A DNA stretch of 64,000 bases from Octopus sinensis (Eukaryota), in NCBI RefSeq assembly GCF_006345805.1, contig NC_043020.1, positions 6,324,001-6,388,000 of the forward strand, written 5' to 3'. Below, piece after piece: positions 13,330 to 26,040 of this stretch. Below the pieces are notes generated by a model that was given only the letters and a program-made list of their open reading frames with translations, did not search any database and had not been told where the DNA came from. Each line of letters begins with the position of its first letter. Within the stretch, counting starts at the first letter, position 1. Made by a program: the position numbers and the translations under genes.

Positions 13330-13712
13330 CGCTGAGTCCCCAGAAACAGCTGCAGCCATGCTGGAGCACCGCCTTTAGTCGAGCAAATCGACCCCAGGAC
13401 TTATTCTTTGTAAGCCCTGTACTTATTCTATCAGTCTCTTTTGCTGAACCGCTAAGTGACGGGGACGTAAACACACCAGCATCGGTTGTCAAGCAATGCT
13501 AGGGTGAGAAACACAGACACACAAACACATACATATATATATATATATATATGACAGGCTTCTTTCAGTTTCCGTCTACCAAATCCACTCACAAGGCATT
13601 GGTCAGCCCGGGGCTATAGCAGAAGACACTTGCCCAAGATGCGACGCAGTGGGACTGAACCCGGAACTATGTGGTTATTTAGCAAGCTACTTACCACACA
13701 GCCACTCCTGCG
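13330..13712 (-). mobile_element. SINE family A
   Basis: Reverse complement of the 12755-13165 copy. Confidence 0.9.
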
Positions 13713-13924
13713 TCTGGTCAGTTTAAATGCTAAAGGGTTTGATAATTGTAATTCCTCTTTCATGGAAAGTGAAAGAATGTTATCACAAAGATTTATATCG
13801 GAGCCATTTGAAGTCTTTGAGACTCAAATCTTAGGATCCTTCTCCAGAAACGACAGAAGAATCTTAGTTATGGAATTCTAGTATTTAGTTAGTTAATTTT
13901 TTGGCTCAAAAAGCAAAAAATCAA

Positions 13925-14300
13925 GGCCATGTAGGGAGACATGGAGTTATGTACAGGGTGGTGTTCATGTAAAGAGTTCAGGCCACTTGAGGTCAAGGGA
14001 GACTTTGAATCGAGCGGTCGTCGGCATCTTCACTATCTCGTCCGGCAGCTTATTCCACGGATCCGCAACCTGGACGGAGAAAGCCCCTCTCGTTCGATTG
14101 AGATGAAATCGTCGCAGATAGAGCTTTTCGGAATGACCCCGCAGCCGACGCTCTGGAGCAGGAGTGAAGAACAGCTCCCTCGAGAGGTTACACTTTCCGC
14201 TTATGATGTTGTGAGCAAGAATGAGATCACCACAGCGGCGGCATTTTCTAGAGAATAAAGGTCAAGCTTCTTCAGCCTTTCTTCATAAGACAAATTATCT
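13925..14300 (-). mobile_element. CR1-like LINE 3' fragment
   Basis: Minus translation LSYEERLKKLDLYSLE..RRCGDLI...LRGHSEKL...GAFSVQVADPWNKLPDEIV, with one frameshift. Confidence 0.85.
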
Positions 14301-14399
14301 GAACCAGTATTATTTGAACCAGCATCCCCATTCTTCAACCAACCCATGAATATTTGCTCAAACATCAATGCAGATTTCAATTATCATCATCATTATTTT

Positions 14400-15191
14400 A
14401 TTCATTAGTCATTATTCATTTTGATTAATTCATTTATTTGATTGAAGAATTGCATGCAACTGAGGTGAGTTCCAGGAATTAGATTCAGAAACCAGATTAT
14501 CTGGTTATTTATAATTTACAAGATATAATTTAATTAAAATTCAATTAATTAAAATTAAATTAATTAATTAATTAAACAAATATATTTGATATGTTATGAA
14601 AAAAAAAAAAAGTGAGGCATTTTTTTTTTCAATTTTTTTTTTTTTAGCCATATCATTTTCTTTTCTTTTTTTTTTTTTTCTTAGGTTCTCATTTTGGCAA
14701 TTAGTAGTAATAATTGGTTGAGCATTAATTAATACAATTAACTGTTTAAAAGTTCATCAGGAAATATTCACCATTCCATAATTTCAACAACAGTAGATAA
14801 AACACAACACCGATTCTACTTCCGTTCTGAGATTTTTTCTCTTTCTTTCCCTTTTTTTTTCTTCCCTTTCTTTCTTCTTTCCTTCCTTCCTTTTTTTTTC
14901 CTCTTTGAGAGAAAAAAAAAAACGACAACAAAAACAACAACAACAAAAACAATACAAAAACTGTTGAGAAGGAAAATAAATCAAAAAATTTTACCGATTC
15001 TAAGAGAGAGTCACTGCAAATTGGTTGCCTTTTTTCCCAATACTTTTTTATCATTACTATTATTATTATTATCATTATTATTATTATTATTATTTTCAAT
15101 ATTACTGAAGTGCATTAAACATTGATTTTGCATTGAAATATATACATACCTGATATATATATACATATACATATGTATATATGTATGTATA

Positions 15192-15238
<47 letters not shown>

Positions 15239-15531
15239 TATATATATATACACATATGTATATATGTATATATATATATATAGACACACACACGTGCGCG
15301 CATGTACATATACACAAATGTATGTACACAACATGTTTGTGTGTGTGTGTATGTATATAAAGTGAGAGAGAGAGAGAGAGTGAGAGAAGAAAAAGCCAAC
15401 ATGCAAACGGATTATATATATAATCCGTTAATATATGTACAGATAAAGAGAGGGTGACACACACACATATAGAGAAATGTATGTAGAAGGAGAGAGAGAG
15501 GGAGAGAGAGAGAGACATTTATGTAAAGGAG

Positions 15532-15566
<35 letters not shown>

Positions 15567-16114
15567 AAGTAATATGAGAATAGGAGGGGGGAGTGAGAGG
15601 CAGGCAGGAATTAAAAAAAGGCAAATGGCTTTCACCTTGAAGAAACTTGAACCAGAAATGTCGATTTTTTTTTTTTTTAATTAAAAAAAAGAACAATTGT
15701 TACTCAGTTAATCAAGTAAAATGACAAACGAAATCAATGTGATTTATCCAATTAGACAGGCAGTTAATGAACTGAACTGGGGAGAGAGACAGAGGCAGAG
15801 GGATGACGGAGCGAGAGAGAGAGAGAGAGAGAGAGAGATGGTGATTAGGGTCAGAGAGAGAAAGAGGGATAGAGAAATGGTAAGTAGGGGATGGGGACCG
15901 AGGAAGAGACTGAAGAATGGAGAGGGGCGAGAGGGTGAGAGTGTTGTGTGTGTGTGTGAGTATATTTTAACTATTATAAAATGTACCGACAAAAGAACTT
16001 ACAATACAACAGCAGTAACAGAAACAATCAGAGATTGATCAGCAGCAGTTTACAAGAACAGACCATGGGACACAAAAGACAACCACTTCACACACACACA
16101 CACACACACAAGCG

Positions 16115-16147
<33 letters not shown>

Positions 16148-16357
16148 GCATATATATATATGCATATATATATATATATATATACGCATATATATGCATA
16201 TATATATATGCATATATATGCAGAATATATATATGCATATATATATATGCATATATATAATATAACATACACACACATATATGTACACTTATAGTACAGA
16301 CTATAAATACATAGATGTATGTTTGTGTGTATATATATATATATATAAATACAAATA

Positions 16358-16402
<45 letters not shown>

Positions 16403-16530
16403 GTGTGTATACATATCCATACACTACATATCTCACACATCAACATATATATCTTTCATTAAACACCCATCTACATGCTATATATATATATATATATATA
16501 GATATGTATCGTTACTCACTCGTTTACATG

Positions 16531-16561
<31 letters not shown>

Positions 16562-17138
16562 CAACAATTCTTGATTGGAATGTTCCAATAATACGTAAAA
16601 TCAATAAATATGGTAAAAACTAAGATAATGATATCAGAAAATGAAAATCAAGCAGAAAAAAGTAAACTGGCTACAAATATATATATATATGTATATATAT
16701 GATCAACAAATAAATAAAAAGAAAATCCAAGTTTTAGTCAGGTGGAAAAAGTGGTTTGTGATTTTTGTTTTTTAATTTAAAATTTTGCAAAAAAACGGAT
16801 GATTTAACAGAAAGGGGGGGAAAAAATGAAAAAGTACAACATAAAAAAACATTTTAACATCTTTAGAAAGAAAAAAAAAACAACTTTTAAATGAAAGAAA
16901 AAAAATAATAATTTAAATACAAAAAAAAAATTGGGAAAAAAATTGCACAAATGTTTTTTGTTAAATATTTTTGATATATTTGCTTTTTGTTTTTTTTTTT
17001 TTGAGGGTTTTTTTTTTTACTTATATATATTTCTGTCCCCACACAGAAATATATGTGTGCATATGTATGTGTGTGTGTATAGATACGCATACATATATGT
17101 GTACGCATGTGTATACATACATATACATACATATATAT

Positions 17139-17191
<53 letters not shown>

Positions 17192-17237
17192 TATATATAT
17201 ATATGATATTGAACACCAATGAGTGAGCGCGTGTGTG

Positions 17238-17273
<36 letters not shown>

Positions 17274-17344
17274 GTGCATATGTATGTGGTGTGTATAAAT
17301 ACGCATACATATATGTGTACGCATGTGTATACATACATATATAT

Positions 17345-17384
<40 letters not shown>

Positions 17385-17432
17385 TACACACACATATATA
17401 TATATATGATATTGAACACCAATGAGTGAGCG

Positions 17433-17482
<50 letters not shown>

Positions 17483-17693
17483 GTGCATAATTTTCAAATG
17501 ACCCCCACCCCATCCCTCAGCCAATAATTGGTTTTTTTGTTTTTTCTTGTAATCAATTCATAAATCAATCCAGTTTTTTTATATCTTGTTTTTTTTTGCC
17601 TTCTTTTTCTTCTTCTTCTTGTCTTTCTCTCTCTCTCTCTCTCTCACTCTCTCTCTCTCTCTCTCTCACTCCCTTTCTCTCTCCATTTCTTGC
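14400..17693 (-). other. Putative long 3' UTR of SCHIP1
   Basis: About 3.3 kb with no SINE or transposon copy, U-rich and (UA)n/(UG)n on the minus strand, with AATAAA/ATTAAA hexamers near 14400-14560. Confidence 0.3.
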
Positions 17694-17739
17694 TTATTTT
17701 CTTACGTTGAGTCCCAAAACTTTGGTACAAACAGGATTC
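17694..17739 (-). CDS. Candidate terminal SCHIP1 exon (R-NPVCTKVLGLNVRK*)
   Basis: About 100-nt U-rich tract ending ttttctttccccatttag. Phase-2 compatible with the exon ending 23653. Followed by a TE-free U-rich region. No homology support. Confidence 0.3.
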
Positions 17740-18012
17740 CTAAATGGGGAAAGAAAACAAAAAAAATCCATTAAAAAACAACACGAAAAGAAAAAGAACA
17801 AAACATCAATAATATAAGAAAATACAAAAATCAACTAAAAAAATTCCAAAAATATTAAACAAACTGGAACTTTTGCACATATATATGCATATGTGTATGT
17901 TTGTACATGCATATATATATATATACACACACACATTTATATTACAAACTTGACTCAGAAATGCATTAATGCTAGTCTCACAAACACTTCACTCCAAGTC
18001 AGGCATGTTATT

Positions 18013-18046
<34 letters not shown>

Positions 18047-18263
18047 CACGTAGACACATACTCATACTCTCTCTCTATTTATATATATATATATTATATA
18101 TATATATATATATTCCACGTAGACACATACTCATACTCTCTCTCTATTTATATATATATATATATATATAATACAAAATAAGAAAATGGAGAAATACACT
18201 TTAATCAATAATCAACTACCAGATAATACCCATTCACATAATTTATTCACAACCCCTATCTCA

Positions 18264-18304
<41 letters not shown>

Positions 18305-18307
<3 letters not shown>

Positions 18308-18830
18308 GTCATCCCATAAATAATGCGGTTTTTTCAATTGCATGAATAAACTACCTGCATCAACTTGCTAGAAAAGCAGGTAGTAATTTTACCTTGTCCT
18401 TATTCTTTGTGCAAGTTTTGAAGAGTGCAGTTCGATTTTAGCAGTTATTTTTTCAAAGCTATAATAGAAACGAGAAAGGAGCATATTCGGCATATTTTGC
18501 TTTATGAGTTCAAGAAAGGCAACATCACAATGGAAAGTGTGAGGAATATTAATGCAGTATATGGGGATTGGACAATAAGTGTAAGCCAGTGTTAAAGGTG
18601 GTTCCAGAAATTCCAAGCTGGAAACTACAGCCTAGAAGATAAGCCTGGAAGATCTGTAGAGATCGATGAGGATGTCCTGCAAACCCAGGTGAAACAAAGT
18701 CCCGTCATAACTAGCAGCAAAGCTTGGATTTGATCATTCATTAACACCTGCGTGCCATCGGAAAAGTCAGCAAATTGGGTCAATGGGTTCCTCACAAACT
18801 TTCCAAGTCTAAATACACACAAAAAGCTCT
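18305..18830 (+). mobile_element. Internally deleted mariner (left ITR plus N-terminal HTH)
   Basis: ITR gggtcatcccataaataatgcggtttt; homologous to 21174-21720. Confidence 0.8.
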
Positions 18831-18859
18831 TCCTTGTACTCTTCTTTGCTGTTGCGTCT

Positions 18860-19130
18860 CACAAATGAACAAGTGATAATGGACTGACTTGAACCATAAC
18901 TAATCTGCACATCCTCTGATAACTCACAGATGGTGGTTCAACAATTTCCACCCACAGCTGAACACACATCTGCAACATTTTTCTCAGTCTGCTGGTTGCG
19001 GGTCTTCCAGAACACTTGTCAATATCGACATTTTTTCGGCCATCTTCGAAATGTCTGAACCCCGTGTACACGTGTGTGCGACTCATACACTCCTCTCCAT
19101 ACACTTTTTGAAACTTTAGGCCTCTGAGCA
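18860..19130 (-). pseudogene. Mariner transposase N-terminal fragment from a second subfamily
   Basis: VYGEECMSRTHVYTGFRHFEDGRKNVDIDKCSGRP resembles the mariner HTH SGRP motif. Confidence 0.7.
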
Positions 19131-19472
19131 GGTATCACCATGACAATTTTCTCTGTCATGGTCAATGCGATGATCACATGCTACACACCTTCCTTCCAAG
19201 TACTGCTGTAAACAGCAGAAGTGAGCTAGAATACTAAAACTTAGTGCACATACACAGCAGAGTTGAAGGTCAATCTGTGCCAAGCATCTTCACACTGCAT
19301 GCTTTAACTTCATCATTACTATGGCAACAGCTCAGATACTTACTGATCAGACCTCATATATATATATATAGATATATATAACGGGAAAGTTTACGCAAAA
19401 AAAACAAAAGACGAAGGCAGGTGGAGTACAAACAAACAAATGTATTAGTATAGCGCTCAGGAATAGAATAAG

Positions 19473-19510
19473 TCTTTTACGTTTCGCGCCTACGCTCTTC
19501 GACAGAAAGA
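19473..19510 (-). ncRNA. Minimal type I hammerhead-like motif (Penelope-like pLTR remnant 19370-19530)
   Basis: UCUUU-CUGUCGA-A-GAGCguagGCGC-GAA-ACGU-A-AAAGA. Confidence 0.5.
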
Positions 19511-19850
19511 TACACAGAAAAGAAACAAGGAGAGACATCATCATCATCATCGTCATTTAACGTCCACTTTCCATGCTGGCATGGGTTGGACGGTTTAACT
19601 AAAGACTGGCGAGCCAGATGGCTGCACCAGGCTCAAAACTGATCTGGCAGAGTTTCTACAGCTGGATGCCCTTCCTAACGCCAACCACTCCGAGAACGTA
19701 GTGGGTGCTTTTGCATGCCAGCAAGTTCGAGAGAGGGGTTAAGTTGATTACATCAATTCCAGTTTTCAACTGGTACTTTTTTGACTTTCTAACAACTCTA
19801 TCAATTCACCACCATCATTATAATAATTGTAGTAGTAGTAGTAGTAGCAG

Positions 19851-19911
<61 letters not shown>

Positions 19912-20986
19912 CATACATACATATATATATATTATATATAGGGTCATCCCATAAATAATGCGGTTTTTTTCAATTGCATGAACTAAAAGTCGGAGGGGGC
20001 AGGATAAACTACCCGCATCAACTTGCTAGAAAAGCAAGCAGCACTAGTATATATACTAGCTGAATTACCCAGTAATACCCAGAAAAGCGGGGGTTATTTC
20101 CAGTTTCATGACCTATCCTATTCCCTGTTCAGTTCCTGTTTTAGTTTAGAATCAATTAGGTGTAACGAAGCCATTCAATATTTCATTAACCTTTATGATA
20201 ACAGCTTATTGCTAAAAATAGTCATTACAAACTATTAATGTGATTAGTGGATGAATAAGAAGTGACCCCATATTATTTTAACAAACGAATATGCATCTGG
20301 GTGTTTCCTTCTTTCAGGGTCAATAAAATAAGTGCCAATTAAGAAGTGGGGTTGATGGAGTTGACTGGCCCCTTTTCCTTACAACACACACACAGTATCT
20401 AATGTTTATGAATGTGTGTGTTTCTAAATGTATGTGCTTGTATGAATGAGTGTGTGCTTGTGTGAATACGCATGTGCTCATGTACACGTGTGCTTGCAAA
20501 TGTGTATGAATATGTGTGTTTGTGTATATGTGTGTGTTTGTGTGTATATGTGTGTTTATATGTGTGTGTTTGTGTAAATGTGTATGTGCGTGTGTATATG
20601 TATGTATTTCTGTGTATATGTTTGTGTGCCTATGTGTATATGTGTTTGTGTATATGCATGTGTGTGTGTGCATATGCATGTATGCGTGTGATCACTTGTA
20701 TACACATGTGTGTTTGTATGTATATGCATGTGTGTCTGTGTGTATGTATGCATGTGGGCAAAAATGCTTTGAAACAATGAAAATCCAAAGTAAAACCACA
20801 GCCATTCCATATTCAAGTAATTACGGAAGGAAATTATAAATCTTAATAGATCGTTAGTGGCTTGCTTACGAACAGGAAAAACTCTGTCATGTTAAGTGGA
20901 AGCAGCAAACACACACCTCTTATAACGCACACGCACAAATACATTACATACTTACACATCACACATACAGACATATATATATATAT

Positions 20987-21019
<33 letters not shown>

Positions 21020-21120
21020 CATATATATATAAATATTTACATGCATACATGTATCTTCATATATAAATATATACACACATGCATCTACATGTATAAATAC
21101 ATAACTGTACACATACACAT

Positions 21121-21173
<53 letters not shown>

Positions 21174-21174
<1 letters not shown>

Positions 21175-22235
21175 TGGCTGATCCCATAATAATGCATGAA
21201 CTTAAGTTGGTAGGGGGTGGGATAAACTGCTTGCATCAACTTGCTATAAAAGCAGGTAGTAATTTTACCTTGTGCTTATTCTTAGTGCAGTTTTGAAGAG
21301 TGCAGTTCAATTTTAACAGCTATTTTTTCAAAGATATAATGGAAGTGGCAAAGCATATTTGGCATATTTTGCTTTATGAGTTCAATAAAGGCAACAACGC
21401 TATGGAAAGTGTGGGGAATATTAATGCAGTATATGGGAATCGGACAATAAGCATAAGCCAGTGTCAATGGTGGTTCCAGAAATTCCCAAGTCGGAAACTA
21501 CAGCCTAGAAGACAAGCCTTGTCCTGGAAGATCTGTAGAGCTCAACAAGGACGCCCTGCAAACCCTGGTGGAACAAAATCTCATTGTAACTGTTGAGGAA
21601 CTAGCAGAGAAGCTTGGATTTGGTCATTCAACCATGCCATTGGAAAAATCAGCAAACTGGGACAATGGGTTCCTCACAAACTTTCCGAGTCTAAGTGCAT
21701 GCTGAGAGTGAATGTGTGCCCTTCTTTGCTGTTGCGTCTCACAAATGAACCTTTTTCCAACCGAATAGTGACTGGTGATGAGAAATGGGTTCTATATAAA
21801 AATGTCAAATGCTGAAAACAGTGGGTAGGGAAAGGAGAAACACTGGCACCCCGGGGCTAAAGAAGGTCTTTTCCCACATAAGGTGCTGTTATCTGTTTGG
21901 TGGAATGTGAAAGGTTTAATTCACTTTGAATTTTTAAATCCAAACCAAATAATAACAAAGGAGATCTACTGTGAGCAGCTTGAGTGGCTTATGTCAGCAC
22001 TAGAAGAAAAACAACCATCTTTTGTTTCAAGACGAAGGGTTTTCTTCCATTAGGATAATGCTCAGCCACATACAGCAAGGATGACATTCCAAAGGTTGGA
22101 GTAGTTTGAATGGGAAACAATACCCCACCTACCACATTCACTGGACATTGCCTCATCTGATTATCCTTTATTCCACAGTCTTCAAAATCATTTGAATGGG
22201 TAAAATATGAACTCTGTTAAAGGAGGTCACAACAG
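21174..22235 (+). pseudogene. Near-complete decayed mariner (DD34D) transposase with left ITR
   Basis: MEVAKHIWHILLYEFNKG...VTGDEKWVLY...KVLLSVWWN...DNAQPH...HSLDIASSDYPLF, with several stops and frameshifts. Confidence 0.9.
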
Positions 22236-22576
22236 TACTGGAAGGAGGAGAAGAAGAAGAAGAAGAATACTAACTATTTCTTCTTGTCTTTTTTCTGTTT
22301 GGAGTTAATTTTTTTGGCAAATTCTTGGGTTCTCCTGCAAAATAATGAAAACAAAAACAATTTAATTAAGTAAATGAATGAAGGACATTAAAATTAAATT
22401 AAAGACAAGAAAATGAATTATAAAAAAATACACTACAGGTCAAAATCTTAAGACCAGTGAAAAAATTGCCAAAATGAACTCCTCGCAGACTAATATCTTC
22501 AACTATTTCACATTATAGATTCATTATTGGCAAATAGAAAAGGATATACGAAAACCTAAAGAAATGTTTAACACAT

Positions 22577-22726
22577 AGGAGTGGCTGTGTGGTAAGTAGC
22601 TTGCTTACCAACCACATGGTTCTGGGTTCAGTCCCACTGCATGGCACCTTGGGCAAGTGTCTTCAATTATAGCCTGTGGCTGACCAAAGCCTTGTGAGTG
22701 GATTTATATATATGTATGTATGTATG

Positions 22727-22761
<35 letters not shown>

Positions 22762-22946
22762 ATATGTTTGTCTCCCCAACATCGCTTGACAACCGATGGT
22801 GGTGTATTTTCATCCCGGCAACTTAGCGGTTTGGCAAAAAAGACCGATAGAATTAGTACTAGGCTTACAAAGATTAAGTCCTGGGGTCGATTTGTTTGAC
22901 TAAAGGCGGTGCTCCAGCATGGCCACAGTCAAATGACTGAAACAAG
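22577..22946 (+). mobile_element. SINE family A
   Basis: Same consensus as 12755-13165. Confidence 0.9.
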
Positions 22947-22954
22947 TCTCTTAG

Positions 22955-23222
22955 GCTGAACCGTTAAATTACGGGGACGTAAACACACCAGCAGCGGTTG
23001 TCAAGCGATGTTAGGGTGGGGGGACAAACACAGACACACAAATACACACACATATATATATATACATATACACGGCGGGATTCTTTCAGTTTCCGTCTAC
23101 CAAATCCACTCACAAGGCTTTGATCGGCCTGAGGCTATAGTAGAAGACACTTGCCCAAGGTGCTACGCAGAGCCATGTGGTTGGTAAGCAAGGTACTTAC
23201 CACACAACCACTCCTACGCCTG
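22955..23222 (-). mobile_element. SINE family A (3'-truncated)
   Basis: Reverse complement of the family A consensus, tail-to-tail with the 22577 copy. Confidence 0.85.
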
Positions 23223-23652
23223 TTGTTCACTATTTATTCATTGTTCCCATTTGTTATTTGTTATGGTCTTAGAATTTTGACCAGGCAAAATATTGTCCAC
23301 TCAGGTCAATTGCTATGCAAGTACATTTCCCTAAAAAATATTGTTTGTTTTTATACAATGTGTATTTTTTTGCATTAAATGTTAAACATTTCTTTAGGTT
23401 TTTATTATATTTTTTTCTGTTTGCCAATAATGAATCCATAATGAAAAATAGTCAAATATATTAGTCTGCAAGGAGTTCATTTTGGCAGTTTTTTTTAACT
23501 GGTCTTAAGATGTGGGAAACATGGAGGAACAGATGAAAGGGAAGAGGGCCATGTAGAAGATATAAGGGAATATATAAGGGAGACATGTGGGAGACAAATG
23601 AGAGGGACGTGGCGAATGTTGGGGGAAGGGATGTAAAAGTAGGCCAACTTAC

Positions 23653-23746
23653 CGTGTCAGGTCTTCAATATCGACCAGCATTGAATCCTGTTCCATGTGA
23701 AGGTCATCTCTGTCTAATAACATCTGAACCAAATCTTCATTGAGAC
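23653..23746 (-). CDS. SCHIP1: SCHIP1 exon ([32 protein letters not shown]), C-terminal coiled-coil domain
   Basis: ttcag acceptor, phase 1/2, CG|gtaagt donor. Matches SCHIP1 [32 protein letters not shown]. Not in the ORF track. Confidence 0.95.
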
Positions 23747-24019
23747 CTGAATAATAATAATAATAATATAATAATAATAATATAATAATAATAATTCATT
23801 CATTTTATTGGCCATTTTATTGCAACAGTGTATGGGATATGCGTGTGTGTGTATACTAAGAAATAAATCCTTTGACATCTAAAAAGAAATGTGACAAATG
23901 AGCAGTCTACTTGGGGAGGACTGCCCAGTTGTAAAATAATGCCTAAAATATATTCATTTAACCCATGCCAGCTTGGAGAAATGGATGTAAGTAAATATAT
24001 GATTTTAGATATATATATA

Positions 24020-24335
24020 TGCCAGCCTGGCCCCTGTCCCGGTGGCATGTAAAAGCACCATCCGTTCGTGGCCGTTGCCAGCCTCGCCTGGCCCCCGTGC
24101 CGGTGGCATGTAAAAAGCACCATCTGTCCGTGGCCGTTTGCCAGCTCCGTCTGGCACCTGTGCGGGTGGCACGTAAAATGCACCCACTACACTCACGGAG
24201 TGGTTGGCGTTAGGAAGGGCATCCAGCCGTAGAAACACTGCCAGATCAGACTGGGCCTGATGCAGCCTTCTGGATTCACAGACCCCAGTTGAACCGTCCA
24301 ACCCATGCTAGCATGGAAAGCGGACGCTAAATGAT
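24020..24335 (-). mobile_element. Repeat family D (ctggatgcccttcctaacgccaacc) with internal about 50-bp subrepeats
   Basis: Homologous copies near 7920, 19545, 26075, 30750, 34960 and 63000. Confidence 0.75.
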
Positions 24336-24786
24336 GATATATATATATATATATATATATAAAGGGCTGACACACATGATTGGAAAACATAAAGGGACAA
24401 AACACGACGAAAGGTTACAAAAGGTTTTGTCCGTTTGTGAAAAAAAAAATGAGTAAAAAGCAGTTTAACAATCAAAAGTTTTAACAACGAAAAACTCCCA
24501 ATAGAGGAGACGCTTCGAAAAAAGAAAAGGTCTCACGTGGAAAAAATAATAATACTAGTCTCATATCCTATGCAAAATACTTTCTATGTAATCTCAAGTT
24601 TTAAAACAAACATAATTTTCATTTTTTTTTTTTTTAGACATTCACTAGTACAACACTAAATACAAAACCAAATATATGGCACACTAGGCATAACAACATC
24701 ACGAACTTCCAACCTGTTGTCTCTTGAGGTCTCTGGGTGAGACTTGGAGCCAACTTGTACAAATATAAAGCAAAAGTCAAACATAG

Positions 24787-24818
<32 letters not shown>

Positions 24819-25060
24819 TAACAACAATAACAAGAGCACTCAGAGAGTGCAAACCTCCACCAAGGCAACACAATAATAATAACAATATTAATAATAGTAG
24901 TAGTAGTAGTAGTAGTAGTTTCAAATTTTGTCACAAGGTCAGGGGGTAAGGGGGTAAGTCAATTACATCAACCCCAGAACTTTATTGGTGCTTTATAAAT
25001 CCTGAAAGAATAAAAGCCAAAAAGCCAAGAAAAAAAAAGAATAAAAACCACAGTTCTTAC

Positions 25061-25178
25061 TTTTAATTTGAGAAAGTAAGTCATTAACGATGACTTGTAA
25101 CTGAGCAACATTCATGTCCAGAAGGAGTTTCCGCTCCAGTCGTTTCTGTCGTCCATCACCAAATCCTGGTATCCCAAC
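25061..25178 (-). CDS. SCHIP1: SCHIP1 exon (VGIPGFGDGRQKRLERKLLLDMNVAQLQVIVNDLLSQIK)
   Basis: T-rich tract plus ttaaag acceptor, A|gtaaga donor, 118 nt, phase 0/1. Matches SCHIP1 DMTIGQLQVIVNDLHSQIE. Confidence 0.93.
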
Positions 25179-25482
25179 CTTTAACAATAAACAAAACAAA
25201 AAAAAACGTCAACGTTATTAATGGTAGTGCTCCAGTAGGGCCATGGCGTACAGAGGAATATCACTTCTCCACCTCACATTCTTTTGCCAAAAAAAAAAAA
25301 AAAACAAAAAATAAAAAATTGCTTTCTCCAAAAAAAAAATGTTTGTAATATTGTCTGTCTGTGTGTCTTTTGTAGGCCCCTTAACCCTATAGCATTTAAA
25401 CCAGCCATATCTGGCTTGTTCAAGTTGAAACCAGTCAGAGGTGGCTTCTTGCATCTATCCTACAATGCCATTCTAAAAATAG

Positions 25483-25876
25483 AGTGGCTGTGTGGTAAGT
25501 AGCCTTTTTACCAACCACATGGTTCCGGGTTCAGTCCCACTGCGTGGCACCTTAGGCAAGTGTCTTCTACTATAGCCTCGAGCCAACCAAAGCCTTGTGA
25601 GTGGATTTGGTAGACGGAAACTGAAAGAAGCCCGTTGTATATATATATGTATATATATATATATATATTATATATATAACATTATTGGTGAATTGAAGAA
25701 ATCACCAATAATGTTTTATTTCAATTATCCGCACCAACGCACGGTTGCAACGCCAGATGGTTGTACCTCCAACCGTGCTGTTCACTGCTGTGATTTTTGC
25801 TACTAAGGTATCGGTTAAATTTTGATTAATTCTCTACTACAAGATTATTCATCTTTCTATTTCACATAATATATAT

Positions 25877-25908
<32 letters not shown>

Positions 25909-26040
25909 GTATGTGTGTGTGTTTGTGTGTCTGTGTTCGTCCCCACAACATCTCTACAACCGATGCTGGTGTTATTTATGTCCCCGAACTTAGCGGTTTG
26001 GCAAAAAAAGACCGATAGAATAAGTACTAGGCTTACAATA
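25483..26040 (+). mobile_element. SINE family A with an insert in the central (TA)n
   Basis: Family A halves flank a unique about 190-bp insert at 25683-25870. Confidence 0.8.

Noticed and set aside
13871-13900. tactag|AATTCCATAA giving ...LTRIP*
   Set aside because: Weak acceptor, and the sequence appears to belong to a repeated relic.
15011-15149. Alternative SCHIP1 last exon ([10 protein letters not shown]...KKATNLQ*)
   Set aside because: Phase-compatible, but the cag is preceded by (TA)n with no polypyrimidine tract, and cag|gtatgt looks more like a donor.
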